From a virus, in IMG/VR virus record IMGVR_UViG_3300026118_000005, positions 2,916 through 66,915 of that record: a DNA stretch of 64,000 nt; one strand, 5' to 3'. This document shows positions 27,997 to 38,280 of this stretch, in pieces. The notes under the pieces were generated by a model. It was not told the DNA's origin, searched no databases, and worked only from the letters and a program-made list of their open reading frames with translations. Every line of letters begins with the position of its first letter. Position 1 is the first letter of the stretch. A program made the translations under genes and the position numbers.

Positions 27997-29468
27997 AATC
28001 CCAACTTCTTAACTCCTTCCATCACGTTTTCCACGCTGATACTCGCCATGGCATCATCCCCACCGGGGAGAAATGTCAATCCTCCCTGTCGATGTCTTGC
28101 CCCAGATGATGCGATACTTTCCGATGATTCAACCGCTACGTGTGGCGATCCGTTCGTCATGATGTAGCGAGCGCGAGTGATGCCGAAGATACCAACGGTG
28201 GGAGTTCCAACGGATAAAGCGAGATGCATCGGGAACGAGTCGATTCCGATGAAGAGAGACGCACGGGCGATCTGCGCTGCTGCACCGCTAAACTTGCCCC
28301 ATTTCTCCATCATCTCAACACGCCAGCCAGTGACACGAAGTTGCGTCTTGAGCGCTTCGAAATGCGGCCACTTCTTCCCCGGCCAGTTGCAGGGTCCATC
28401 GTGAAGGACGACGAGTCTTTCCTCACGTGGGACAGGAGACGAAAGCGCGAATTCGGTTCGGTGCTCCACGTCGCCCAGTCCCGGCAGATGCTTTCTCACT
28501 TCTTCCGCGTAGGCGTCAACGATGTGCATCCCTGGGCGATGCTCGTATGCCATATCGAGGTTGATGCGCATCTCCTTGTCCATCTTCGGAATGCTCTCAG
28601 CGCCCCCGCGAATGTACGGGTTGCCTTCCAGCAGAGACGGCACCTGCGTTTCAATGTAGATTGGCGAAAGGGGATTACTCTCGGCCAGCGCGCGGACAAT
28701 TGGGGTCACGAGCAGAACGTCCCCGAGGGCGTACCATCGGCGGATGACGATTGGGAAGTCGAAGGTTCGCCGGGAGAGGTAGTAGGACCAGCGTTTGCGA
28801 TTAACCTCGTGATTCTTCGCCTGCGCTTCCTGGCAGAGGCGTTTCGTCTCGGGATCTCCGTTGACCGTGACGCTCCGGGCGTGCTCCAAGTGCATTGGAA
28901 CCGTGCGAATTCGGTAGCCCTTCTCGCGGAGATAAAGAGAGGCTGAACTGTCTTCTGAATACACGAATGATAGTCCATCGCACCAAAGAGTTGAGCGATG
29001 CTTTCTCAGTGCGTCGATACGGAACATGGAGCAGGAGCCCTCGATATACTCCGGCTCGCCGGTTCCGCCGGTTCCATGAAAATCATGGTCCAAGTAGGCG
29101 CACGTCCCTTCCGGCCCCGTGATCGCAATTCCCTTGTCCGCATCCATCGGAGCCGCAAGCGTGTCCAGAAACCCCTCTGGCACGGTGATGTCGTCGTTCG
29201 CGATCAGGCAGTATTGGCACCCCATCTGCGAGGCAAGAACGAACTGTCGATGATGCGGAATCTGGAACCCGAGGTTTGATCCGTTCTCATGCACCGTCAC
29301 GTTCGAATGCTTCGCCGCGACTTCTCGAAACTGTCGCGCCGTCTCCTGGCAACCGTTCGCCGTAACGAAGTAATGAGCATCGGAACTCCGCGCCAGCATC
29401 GTTTCCAAGCACTCCCGCGAGGCCGCAGGGCGCTTCATGCCTATCATGCTGACGGCGAACTTAGGCAT
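27993..29468 (-). CDS. GT2-GT9 fusion glycosyltransferase
   Basis: N-half NLGF, IANDDI, YIEGSC, YSED; C-half ALGDVLLVTP, LFIGIDSFPMHLALSVGTPTVGIFG. Confidence 0.85.
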   Translation of the reverse strand: MPKFAVSMIGMKRPAASRECLETMLARSSDAHYFVTANGCQETARQFREVAAKHSNVTVHENGSNLGFQIPHHRQFVLASQMGCQYCLIANDDITVPEGFLDTLAAPMDADKGIAITGPEGTCAYLDHDFHGTGGTGEPEYIEGSCSMFRIDALRKHRSTLWCDGLSFVYSEDSSASLYLREKGYRIRTVPMHLEHARSVTVNGDPETKRLCQEAQAKNHEVNRKRWSYYLSRRTFDFPIVIRRWYALGDVLLVTPIVRALAESNPLSPIYIETQVPSLLEGNPYIRGGAESIPKMDKEMRINLDMAYEHRPGMHIVDAYAEEVRKHLPGLGDVEHRTEFALSSPVPREERLVVLHDGPCNWPGKKWPHFEALKTQLRVTGWRVEMMEKWGKFSGAAAQIARASLFIGIDSFPMHLALSVGTPTVGIFGITRARYIMTNGSPHVAVESSESIASSGARHRQGGLTFLPGGDDAMASISVENVMEGVKKLGL

Positions 29469-30372
29469 CAGTGAAAGCTTTCTTCATGAGTTCTTCCTTG
29501 TACCATTCGGGGACGCCTCTCACGAACGAACGGCGCAAATGAGGCCACGCCCAAGCGAAAAGCTTCTCTTTGATTTCGTCCGTGCATTCTTTGGCGATGT
29601 CCTCGGAAACCTCCTTCATCAATTCCCCGATATCGCGTGGCGAGTCTTGAAGAATGCCGCGTTCACGAAGATGGATCACGGCTTTTTGCCATCTCGCCTG
29701 GGTTCCATACGCGCCAGCGATCACTTGCAGAATGTCATTGCTGCTCTTGGCCCGGTGCTCAAGTTCCCACGCCTTGGCGTTCACCTCCTTAAAGGACTCA
29801 GAGACGAATTTCCCAAGCAGGACTTTCTTGTCCGCTCCAAAAAGGTTGTAGTCCTCAGGTTTGATGACGACGCCATCGATCTTTTGACCCCCAAGAATCG
29901 ATTCAGCTTCTAGGAGGCGGCGAAAATGCGTCACGTCTTCAACAACTCCATGAAATAGCACTGGGACTGTCTCCATTCCAAGGCGAGCAAATTCCTTAGC
30001 CTTGTCTTCGGGGGAAAGGTATTTCTCCATGCAATCAATGTCAAACCCGATGATGTGATTGTCCGGGACGCGGGAATAAAGAAGCGCGTTGTGGCACGGT
30101 TTGGAAAGGTATTCCCCGCGATAGGTCCACCCAGGGCGAAGCTTGTCTTTCACGGATTCCACCACGCGCACCGCCGCCATGAACATTCCCTCTGGCGCAA
30201 CCGTGTTGATTTGCGCCCCCTTGCTGCGGCATTCGACATCGCCTGTTTCTGGGTGCAGACAGAAGGAGAATTGAGACCCGTCAACCTTCTCTTCCACGAT
30301 CACGGGACCCTTGAGAAGGTCAGCAATCGCAGCGTGGCCAATGTGGTAAATGGATGGATAGGATCTAACCAT
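29461..30372 (-). CDS. ATP-dependent RNA ligase (Rnl2-like)
   Basis: Motif I EEKVDGSQ, III RGEY, IIIa GFDI, IV DGVVIK, V GKFVSESFKE. Confidence 0.8.
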   Translation of the reverse strand: MVRSYPSIYHIGHAAIADLLKGPVIVEEKVDGSQFSFCLHPETGDVECRSKGAQINTVAPEGMFMAAVRVVESVKDKLRPGWTYRGEYLSKPCHNALLYSRVPDNHIIGFDIDCMEKYLSPEDKAKEFARLGMETVPVLFHGVVEDVTHFRRLLEAESILGGQKIDGVVIKPEDYNLFGADKKVLLGKFVSESFKEVNAKAWELEHRAKSSNDILQVIAGAYGTQARWQKAVIHLRERGILQDSPRDIGELMKEVSEDIAKECTDEIKEKLFAWAWPHLRRSFVRGVPEWYKEELMKKAFTDA

Positions 30373-30491
30373 GCTGAGCTAACGAGTTTTCGATGAATCG
30401 GCGAAGGTCGGCACGCTCGTTCCATGGCGTCATATGCCATTGGCGCTTCCCTTCGTTGAGGATGGCGCGAGTCACTGGCGCATTGGGCGGC

Positions 30492-30686
30492 TTAGCCCGT
30501 AGCGTCCACTTTCGAATCAGTTTTGCAGTCCGTTGGTTCATTCGTTGTCTCCTCAATTACTTGGTCCACCACTCGACCGGGGGAACTGGTGGCCGTTCCC
30601 TTCTTCACTCGGCGCAGGATCTCCGCCTTCGTGCTCTCTTTGACGCGCACGAAGATGTAAGTCCGGTTCTCCTTTTTTCGGGGCAT
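30492..30686 (-). CDS. Ribbon-helix-helix-like DNA-binding protein
   Basis: TYIFVRV strand followed by two helices (ESTKAEILRR; PGRVVDQVIE). Confidence 0.45.
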   Translation of the reverse strand: MPRKKENRTYIFVRVKESTKAEILRRVKKGTATSSPGRVVDQVIEETTNEPTDCKTDSKVDATG

Positions 30687-30689
30687 TGG

Positions 30690-31067
30690 TCATTCTGCCG
30701 CCGGTTTGGGGAACTTGCCGATGATCTGGTCCGAGTCCAAAATGAGGAAGCGCTCCTTGCCGCAACGGAGAGGCACGCCCGCACCATGGAGGAAGAAGAC
30801 GCGATCACCCTCGGCGAATGGCATCTCATGCTTGAACCCTGTGTCTGTGACTCGCCCAGGACCTACGGATACGACCACGGCATGCTGCGATTGGTCTTGG
30901 ACGGTATCTGGAACCACCAGTTTGGTATCGAATTCCGAGATACGCTTGACCACCAGAAAGCCGCGTAGGGGCTCGAAGAGTTGCTGTACAGCGATATCTT
31001 TCGGGGCGGAATCCCGAGGCATTGGAATTGCGCCAAAGTCCATAGAAGGAGTAGGAATACGACTCAT
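30690..31067 (-). CDS. groES: Co-chaperonin GroES
   Basis: FEPLRGFLVVKR, AVVVSVGPGR, EGDRVFF, ILDSDQIIG. Confidence 0.85.
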   Translation of the reverse strand: MSRIPTPSMDFGAIPMPRDSAPKDIAVQQLFEPLRGFLVVKRISEFDTKLVVPDTVQDQSQHAVVVSVGPGRVTDTGFKHEMPFAEGDRVFFLHGAGVPLRCGKERFLILDSDQIIGKFPKPAAE

Positions 31068-31322
31068 GGGTTGAAACGAATGACGATCACAAGGGCAATC
31101 GCCACGATGAAGAAGACGATGCAGGATTCTTCGGTTGAGGTGAGGGATGTCATGGCGTCAATCGCAACTTGTCTCCAAGAATGAACATATCCCAGGCGGT
31201 GAGATGTTTGCCGGTCTGGCGATTGTAAGCTTCCGCCTCCAATGCTGAAATACCCCAAGCGATCAGTCCCAGTATTGTAAGTAGGATGACGGCGAAGAGC
31301 GCGAAGAAAGTTAGATCGCCTT

Positions 31323-32162
31323 TCATTTGCCAGAGACTATTTCGATACTTCCGTTGTCCTCGAATTGCCGGGGGTTGAAAATGTAGTCGTATGGTATCCA
31401 GCTATACCCTTTGTCAGCCCAAGTCGTTCCCCAACTATTGCGGATGCGAGCCCAGCCCTTCCGCTTGGCAATCACGAGGTTGTCGTCGTAGCCACAGATT
31501 AGGATCTCGTGACCACCGACGGAGCGCCCCGAAGGCATTGGCACGTACCATTCTCCCGTGGAGCGATCTTTGATCGGGTTGAAGATCGACTGGTAAACAT
31601 ATCCTCCGGTGAGGACTGGGATTTTCAGGATTGAGATGCACCGCTTCACCGATTGACCGTTGTCATCGTTCGGCACATCGTAGGCTTTCACTGCCTTCCA
31701 CTGTCCGCGGGAGTCATTGGCGCACTTCGGGGCGGCATAGGCCAGCTTGGACGGGTTGTACGGCCAGCAGGTGTCTCTCGCTACCCCCTGATTCACGAGC
31801 ACCCATAGAATGGACGAAGTGTAGCTGCCGGCATCGTTCGGGAAGTTGCCGTCGTGCCTCAACTCGTTCTGGTAGAGGTCCAGCCGGGAAGGCGTCACGA
31901 ATTCACCGTGTTGCACCTTCCACTTGAAATCGAAGGCGGCACATCCGGCGTTGGCCGTGCAGCTCCCGATTGAGCCCTGGTCATAAACTGGCGGCATCAG
32001 GCTTTCCAGGCTCGCCTTCGACGGCACGGGAACAGCCATGCGCGGAAGCTGTCTCAACCCCTTCGAATGTGTCGGAGAACTTTTCCACCCCAAAGCGTAG
32101 GGCTGAGCGGCAAACGTGACCAGCGGCCACGCGAGTAAGAGGAGTGGGAGGATGTGTTTCAT
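31323..32162 (-). CDS. Papain-family (C1A) cysteine protease with signal peptide
   Basis: DQGSIGSCTANA (Cys), GGHEILICGYDD (His), RNSWG (Asn); N-terminus MKHILPLLLLAWPLVTFA. Confidence 0.9.
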   Translation of the reverse strand: MKHILPLLLLAWPLVTFAAQPYALGWKSSPTHSKGLRQLPRMAVPVPSKASLESLMPPVYDQGSIGSCTANAGCAAFDFKWKVQHGEFVTPSRLDLYQNELRHDGNFPNDAGSYTSSILWVLVNQGVARDTCWPYNPSKLAYAAPKCANDSRGQWKAVKAYDVPNDDNGQSVKRCISILKIPVLTGGYVYQSIFNPIKDRSTGEWYVPMPSGRSVGGHEILICGYDDNLVIAKRKGWARIRNSWGTTWADKGYSWIPYDYIFNPRQFEDNGSIEIVSGK

Positions 32163-32165
32163 GGG

Positions 32166-32606
32166 TCAAATTGCCGTGGGTTCAACGCGGTGCGTTGCTG
32201 GGTGCACGGCCGCGCTGGCGAGCCAAGCTTTCACAACCGCGCCCTTGGATGTGTCGGCCTCCATTTCCTCCCATGTCGGAAGCTTCGCGCCAGATACTGC
32301 CGACACGCCTCCGGTCGATCCGCAGTAGGCTTCGTACAGGCTCTTGGCTATGTCGCGGGGCGTGAGCTTAGAAACGGGGTAGGGATTTGGCGTCCCAATG
32401 TGTTTCAGAACCTCCCCTTGCCAGTGAATCGCCGCTTGCAGGTGACGAATGGAAAGGACGTGCGCAGCGATCGCTTCGCCGCGGTCTTCGGCGTCCGGCA
32501 TTGATCCGTTGGCCGTGATCGCTACGCGGTGCGCCTTCATGAGTTGAAGGGTTTCGTCCATTCCTTTACGGAATGCCTTCGCTGCCTGAATGTCTTGTTC
32601 TTTCAT
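32166..32606 (-). CDS. Hypothetical protein
   Basis: Likely start MKEQDIQAAK at 32606; the longer ORF-track version overlaps the terminase gene. Confidence 0.55.
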   Translation of the reverse strand: MKEQDIQAAKAFRKGMDETLQLMKAHRVAITANGSMPDAEDRGEAIAAHVLSIRHLQAAIHWQGEVLKHIGTPNPYPVSKLTPRDIAKSLYEAYCGSTGGVSAVSGAKLPTWEEMEADTSKGAVVKAWLASAAVHPATHRVEPTAI

Positions 32607-32658
32607 CCGCCGCGATTCTGCTTGCACATTCGCCGAATGTCCACCGAAAAAGTGTAGA

Positions 32659-34716
32659 TTAATTGGGAATGTAGTCGTCGCCCCACCCGTCGCCACCGCC
32701 CCAGGAGATCGTTTCCATCGGTGGAGGGAGTTTGCGTGCCTTTTTGAGTGCTTCGGGCGATGTGAGGCCCCAAGCTTGCTCCACCATTTGGGTGATCGGA
32801 TCTTGCGTCGGACCTTTCGGGAGTTCGGGGCGCTTGAGCTTGAGCGAGCACCGGAACTGGAAGCGGACGCGAGCCAGGAACACGACGCCGAGGGAGGCAT
32901 CGGCCAAGTCCGGGGAGAATCCCAGCCGACCCTTCATCTTCTTCTTCTCTTCGACCTTGATGAGCTTCCGCGCCCCGAGATTCCACGTCCTAGCGCACAT
33001 CTCGGCGGAAAGCTCGTCGTCCACGCCCTTCAACTGGCCAGCCTGCATGTAGGCTTTCGCGGCATACCAGATCTCGGAAACCACGTCCTCGTATTCGTCC
33101 TTGGCCAAGCGCCCGAAACCGCCATCAACTTCACTCGGAACTCCCTTGAACTGGACGCGCAGAAAGCCGTTGTCCCAAACGGTGGCTAAGATCGAAGCGA
33201 ACGCGTGCCCTCCCGAGCAGTCGATAGCCAGTCGGAACGTGGAATTGACGCCGTTCTCCAGGCAAAACTTCTTGAGCCCGTCCGCACGCTGGAAATTGGG
33301 GTCGCGCTCCTTGTTGGTCGTGTCCTCTTTGATGCACTCTTTCGGCCCGAGTAAAAGGACATTCTTGCCTTCCAAAGTTTCTCCCAGTTGACCGATCCGC
33401 GCCATGAACCTGTCGCCGCCGGTCGTGAATGAGGGGTCGGCAAAGCATAGGGCGACCGGAGGAGCCTTCCACCGAACGGTTGTCTGGAACGCCAACGCCT
33501 GGATGATCTCAATGGGATGGTAAATCGCCTCCTTCGCGCCCGCCGGGGTGAACCAGCCACGATTCATCCGGTAGAATCCTGCGGACTTCTCACCGCCGTA
33601 CCTGATGGCGTCTTCCTGCATGGACTTCTCAGTGATGAGGTAATCGTACATCACGCGGCCTGCGAGCACGTTCGGACTCTTTGCCCCATCGAGGCGCAGG
33701 CAGTAGCCGTTGGGGAGCGTCGTGCGCCAGCCCTCCAGTTCTTCGTGTAGGAACTCCCATCCTGCCGCCGGTTTCACGAATTGCCCGAATGCGTCGAAGT
33801 AGCTGGACGGGTTGGCGAGTCCGATCTGCTGGAAGTGCGGGTTCTTGTTCAGGTTGGACGCCGCCTTGTTCACAGAATCAGCGAGATCCGTCATTTCGTC
33901 CAGAATTAGGAGGACATACTCATTGTGGAAGCCGAAAATCTTCGAGTCCACCGCAGCGCCTTTCTGCCGGTCCGCCGCCAGGAGCGTGATGCCAGCTCGC
34001 TCGTCTCTCACGCCTTTCTCGTCCTCGTAGGCGATGCATCCGTCGGACGCCAAGAGCTTGCCCGGCATCTCCATTCCATAGCGCTCCAGCGAATTCTTGA
34101 TCGCATTGAAGTACTGCTTGGTATAGCCCCAGATTCGCTTCTCCGCGTCCTTCTGCGTCGTACTGGCGACGATCACCATCGTATTGTGAGGAGAGCACAG
34201 CCACGAGATGCACGCCCATAGCCCGTAGCACGCTGACTTACCGGAAGCGGCACAGCCCGCCACGCCGAGGTACTTGTGTTTGCACGCCTTGGCGATCATC
34301 TTCTCGGCCCAAGGATGCCGGTCAAACTTCGAGCCACTGTATTCGTTGTTGATCAGCATCTTGACCAGCGTCCAGAAGTGCCGTTCCTTGTCTGCGGCCT
34401 TCGAAATGGAGAACATCTTGAGTTCGTAAATGATTTGCTCCGGCGCTGTCGCCTGCCGCGCCGGATCTTCCACCGGGTTCGTGATGTGACACGAGACGCG
34501 TTGGCCATAGCGAATCACGAAGTCCAGTTTCTTCGCCTTCGCCGCTTCGGCCATCAGCTTATGGTCGTTCTGCGAAATGTAGGTCCCGTTCCAGGGAATC
34601 CAGCCATTCTTGATGAAATCCTCGTGGCACCATTTCAGCTTGCCGTCAGGGAAAGCGCTCCCGTCTTTGCGGGTGATGTACTTGACAGGATCTTCCTCTT
34701 CCAGAACGGCAGACAT
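32659..34716 (-). CDS. terL: Terminase large subunit
   Basis: Walker A GCAASGKS, Walker B LILDE, motif III LANP, nuclease acidic residues FADPS..GGDR and SPDLADA. Confidence 0.9.
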   Translation of the reverse strand: MSAVLEEEDPVKYITRKDGSAFPDGKLKWCHEDFIKNGWIPWNGTYISQNDHKLMAEAAKAKKLDFVIRYGQRVSCHITNPVEDPARQATAPEQIIYELKMFSISKAADKERHFWTLVKMLINNEYSGSKFDRHPWAEKMIAKACKHKYLGVAGCAASGKSACYGLWACISWLCSPHNTMVIVASTTQKDAEKRIWGYTKQYFNAIKNSLERYGMEMPGKLLASDGCIAYEDEKGVRDERAGITLLAADRQKGAAVDSKIFGFHNEYVLLILDEMTDLADSVNKAASNLNKNPHFQQIGLANPSSYFDAFGQFVKPAAGWEFLHEELEGWRTTLPNGYCLRLDGAKSPNVLAGRVMYDYLITEKSMQEDAIRYGGEKSAGFYRMNRGWFTPAGAKEAIYHPIEIIQALAFQTTVRWKAPPVALCFADPSFTTGGDRFMARIGQLGETLEGKNVLLLGPKECIKEDTTNKERDPNFQRADGLKKFCLENGVNSTFRLAIDCSGGHAFASILATVWDNGFLRVQFKGVPSEVDGGFGRLAKDEYEDVVSEIWYAAKAYMQAGQLKGVDDELSAEMCARTWNLGARKLIKVEEKKKMKGRLGFSPDLADASLGVVFLARVRFQFRCSLKLKRPELPKGPTQDPITQMVEQAWGLTSPEALKKARKLPPPMETISWGGGDGWGDDYIPN

Positions 34717-34807
34717 GCGGGAAAGAGCATACGTTGCGCGTCAAGCAGGAGCAATTCCGATTGAAAGTGCTTGCACTTATCGGGAGGCGTGGGACTTTTG
34801 CCGAAGT

Positions 34808-35662
34808 ATGGACTACATAGCCGAAGAGTTTACGAAGGCCACAATTGCAGAGATCGTCAAGATGGGGACGAAGCTGCAAGAGATGGCCACTCGCAATGGT
34901 GAGTTGGAGTGCAAACGCTTGGAAGATAGCAAATTACGGGACCAACTGATTGCCGATGTGAAGCGCCTGCAAGCGATGGGCAACTCCAAATCCCCCTGGG
35001 TCGCCCGCTCGGAGCGCATGCCTACGGAGGCGGATTGTGACGAACACGGAGAGATATTTGTAACTTCCCCTGACGCTGGCGCCTGCGCATTGCGCCTTAA
35101 GCCAGCCCTTGCGGACTTGACGTGGACCCACTGGATGCCCACCCCGCCGCTTCCAAAAGCCGTTCAGCCGGTCAAGTATCCCGCGTGGACAAGAGCGCAT
35201 GATCCGCGCGGTAGAGCCGAATCCCGTCCTGGCATGCGATTTCTCGTACCTGAGGAAGTGGATGGGAGACACAAGGGGATTGCCCTTCAATGGATGGGGA
35301 GCAAATGGAGCGCCGATTGTGAGGCGAACAGCCCGAATCAAACCTACGAAGTCCCCGCCTCCACCCCGTTCCCGCATCGGTGGGAGCGAGAGAAGAAACA
35401 GGCTGAGGCTGATCCGTCGATCAAGTGGCAAACCAAATCGCTCAACAATGGGGAATGGGGTGATTGCAAACCGGCCTGGATTGAGGAATGCGAATACCGC
35501 GTCAAGCCCGAGATCAAGCCAAAGTGGCGGCTGCTGGAGGTCGGCGAAGAAATACGGCAAGGGGATCAACTCTGGCGAACGGTTGATTGGCACGATTCAA
35601 CAGAGATTGGCGACACGATAGACATCAACCACCTTCCCCACCGCCGACTTATCACACCATGA
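34808..35662 (+). CDS. Mosaic hypothetical protein (DUF551-like segment)
   Basis: WVARSERMP...THWMPTPPLP plus several W-rich modules; divergent from terL. Confidence 0.6.
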   Translation: MDYIAEEFTKATIAEIVKMGTKLQEMATRNGELECKRLEDSKLRDQLIADVKRLQAMGNSKSPWVARSERMPTEADCDEHGEIFVTSPDAGACALRLKPALADLTWTHWMPTPPLPKAVQPVKYPAWTRAHDPRGRAESRPGMRFLVPEEVDGRHKGIALQWMGSKWSADCEANSPNQTYEVPASTPFPHRWEREKKQAEADPSIKWQTKSLNNGEWGDCKPAWIEECEYRVKPEIKPKWRLLEVGEEIRQGDQLWRTVDWHDSTEIGDTIDINHLPHRRLITP

Positions 35663-35928
35663 ACGACACACGCCCCCTCGGACTCGGCGACATGCCGGAT
35701 GACGAGTTTATGAAACTGGCGGACGTTCGGAGTCCACAAGGAAAGGATTTTCAACAGGTAATCGACCGCTTGAAAGACCAACTCGCGGAAGCGCAATCGC
35801 AGATCGGAAGACTGGGCGATCAGAATCGCAGACTAATCGAAACTCAGGTGGCCGATGCCCAAGAGATTGCCCGATTGCGCGAGGCATTGGAAACGGCGCA
35901 ATCGCAACAGGAAAGGGGAATGGCATGA
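35659..35928 (+). CDS. Coiled-coil hypothetical protein
   Basis: ATGA overlap; heptad pattern. Confidence 0.55.
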   Translation: MNDTRPLGLGDMPDDEFMKLADVRSPQGKDFQQVIDRLKDQLAEAQSQIGRLGDQNRRLIETQVADAQEIARLREALETAQSQQERGMA

Positions 35929-36545
35929 TCGCCGAAACTCTAACTAACTGGGACGGCGCTGTGAAATGCATTGAAGCTTTAGCGCCTGTCTTAATCTGTG
36001 TGGCAATCCTCTACTTTGGGAGCAGACAATGAAAGAGGAAGACGAACCTACTGAATGCAACTGCTGGCGTGGTCAGTTTGGATGCGCCGCAATGATCCTT
36101 GCGCTCGGAATTGCCATCGCGCTTATCCTCTACGCCGCCAAATGACTGACGACACCATCCCCGACGAAGCCGACCTCTCGTCCTTGCGCGAAGTGATCGA
36201 CCAGCCGCATGAACGTCTGCGTGTTCCGTTGACCGTCTCCCGCATGGAACAGCGCCAATACGAACTCCGCGCGGAGCAAGCCAAGCCTTTGGGGCGGTCC
36301 AAAGGGGAACTCTTACATTCGATCCAAGAAACGCGACTACTCCAAACTTATCCAAGGACCAGAAGTATGAAAATAGTCAAAGGTTCTAATCTTAGATGGA
36401 TTGTTCTAGATAAAAATGTCACCGTGCCAAATTACGCCATTCAGGGGGCTGATGGCCGTTGGCGAATTCTGGAGATTCTTTTAGAAGTGATTGACCATGA
36501 TGCAGAGCGTTCGGAAACGCACTGGGAACCAGTGAAGGAGTCTAA

Positions 36546-36830
36546 ATGAAGCTGTTCGAATTATCCATCAATCCGGAATGGACCGAATCAATTCGAAGAC
36601 TAGCGGTGCATTACTCTTCAATAAAGGAGGATGCCATCAAGGAGCGTCTATTTAACATTCTGGGTCGTCAACCGACACTCGAAGACGCCAAGGATTGCCA
36701 GATGATATTTTTCAGCGGAACTACAGCAGACTGTGAACTTCACTGGAAAGGATTCAGAATCCTAAAGATGGCCCTATCGGAATTTGGCGCGCCATTGTGT
36801 TTCGAGCCCTGCTTTGAACAACTTGTATGA
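36546..36830 (+). CDS. Hypothetical protein
   Basis: 94 aa coupled ORF. Confidence 0.5.
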   Translation: MKLFELSINPEWTESIRRLAVHYSSIKEDAIKERLFNILGRQPTLEDAKDCQMIFFSGTTADCELHWKGFRILKMALSEFGAPLCFEPCFEQLV

Positions 36831-36972
36831 CCATCCTGAATGACATGCCCAACGAAGAAGAAGACTCTCTCTCCTGCGGTTGCGGATGCGTCCTGCTTGC
36901 TCTCGGTGCGTGCGCCGTTCTGCTCGTGCTCGTGATGCTTATCCTGATGATTGTACTAACCGTGAAATACGC

Positions 36973-37269
36973 ATGAGAAAAATCTACATTGTCTCTACAT
37001 GGAAGGGAGAAATGCGCGAGGTCCACGGGGTGTATTCAAGCCGCGCGAAAGCCCAGAAGGCAGCAACCGTCGTTGGCAAAGACGCCGACATTGACGATTG
37101 GGATCTAAATGAGATGCCGGACAAGTCGCCAACGAGTTACATGAGAAAATCGGCACGCAAAATGTTGAGGGCCGTCCGCGCCATTTCCCGAAACGGTGGC
37201 CGAGTTTCCGCTTTGATACTGAAAGACAAGATGCCGGAGAACCTGGGCGTAAATTGGACAACCGTATGA
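36973..37269 (+). CDS. Hypothetical protein
   Basis: MRKIYIVS...VHGVYSSRAKAQKA, motif recalled from small phage proteins. Confidence 0.55.
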   Translation: MRKIYIVSTWKGEMREVHGVYSSRAKAQKAATVVGKDADIDDWDLNEMPDKSPTSYMRKSARKMLRAVRAISRNGGRVSALILKDKMPENLGVNWTTV

Positions 37270-37520
37270 GCAAACCGGACTACGACGACCCAACAGACGA
37301 GGATGTCCCGACGACCGCCGGGGATGCGATGCTAAACGCTATGGCTTTTGTCGGCACTCCCGAGAAGGCCATCATCGAAGGCGATTCTACGATCTTCGTA
37401 CACAAAGCCAACGCCGCCGAACAACTGGAAGCCCGCATGGCTGAACTCGGGTGGGAAATCAGGAGAACTCGGCCTTGGAAGAAAGACGAAGGCGACATCG
37501 AACTGGAGGAGCATCCATGA
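37266..37520 (+). CDS. Hypothetical protein
   Basis: Coupled ORF. Confidence 0.5.
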   Translation: MSKPDYDDPTDEDVPTTAGDAMLNAMAFVGTPEKAIIEGDSTIFVHKANAAEQLEARMAELGWEIRRTRPWKKDEGDIELEEHP

Positions 37521-38059
37521 ACATTACCTGGGCACAGAATCCACTGGCGACCACCATCGAACTCGACGAGCGCGAGAAGCGTGAATTCTGGCTCATGCTC
37601 AAGATCGAGGAATTAAAGGACCGGCTCATTGCAGTTCATGTCTACTTGCAGGAAGGGCAGTTCTTCGATTTGAACAAGGCCAGAAAAGCAGTTGAGCAAG
37701 TGGACTCCGACGAATCTCTAGACGCGCGCGTGAACCAGCTTCACTCCTGGCACCTCGAAGCCCTTGCGGGAAGCCATGGAGGCGATTGCACCTGTGATCC
37801 GTGCTCGTGTCCCAAGTGCATAGCCGAGAATATTCTAGGAATCGACACCATCGCAGGGCTTAAGAAGCACGAAGCCAACAAGATCGAAAGCGCATTCCGT
37901 CGGGGTAAAACCCTATCCAAAACCATCGAGGAGCTGGCCAATTATGCGCCTGAATCCTGCTGGCCTGGAGCCGAAGCGCACTTCGAACGCTGGCGGCAGG
38001 AAGCCAAGAACGCTCACGATTGGCTGGTGAAGTACAGGGATGAGCACTTTCCGATATGA
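37517..38059 (+). CDS. Cys-cluster hypothetical protein
   Basis: HGGDCTCDPCSCPKC motif. Confidence 0.6.
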   Translation: MNITWAQNPLATTIELDEREKREFWLMLKIEELKDRLIAVHVYLQEGQFFDLNKARKAVEQVDSDESLDARVNQLHSWHLEALAGSHGGDCTCDPCSCPKCIAENILGIDTIAGLKKHEANKIESAFRRGKTLSKTIEELANYAPESCWPGAEAHFERWRQEAKNAHDWLVKYRDEHFPI

Positions 38060-38280
38060 ACATCAAAGTCACATTCGAAGGCGGTCCCGATGATGGACGG
38101 CAAGCGGTTCTATGGGGAAAATGGCGTGAGGATCGGCGCGTTCACGGGCATTCCAAATGGGACGTGGCCACCCAGACATGGAGAGCGCCGGTCTACAAGC
38201 TAGTGCGATTGCTGGAGGGGTATGTTCTCGTTTTCACGGGAGATTTTGAGGAACTAAGCGTTGAGCGTCCAGGCGTATGA
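38056..38280 (+). CDS. Hypothetical protein
   Basis: FEGGPDDG motif; coupled. Confidence 0.5.
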   Translation: MNIKVTFEGGPDDGRQAVLWGKWREDRRVHGHSKWDVATQTWRAPVYKLVRLLEGYVLVFTGDFEELSVERPGV

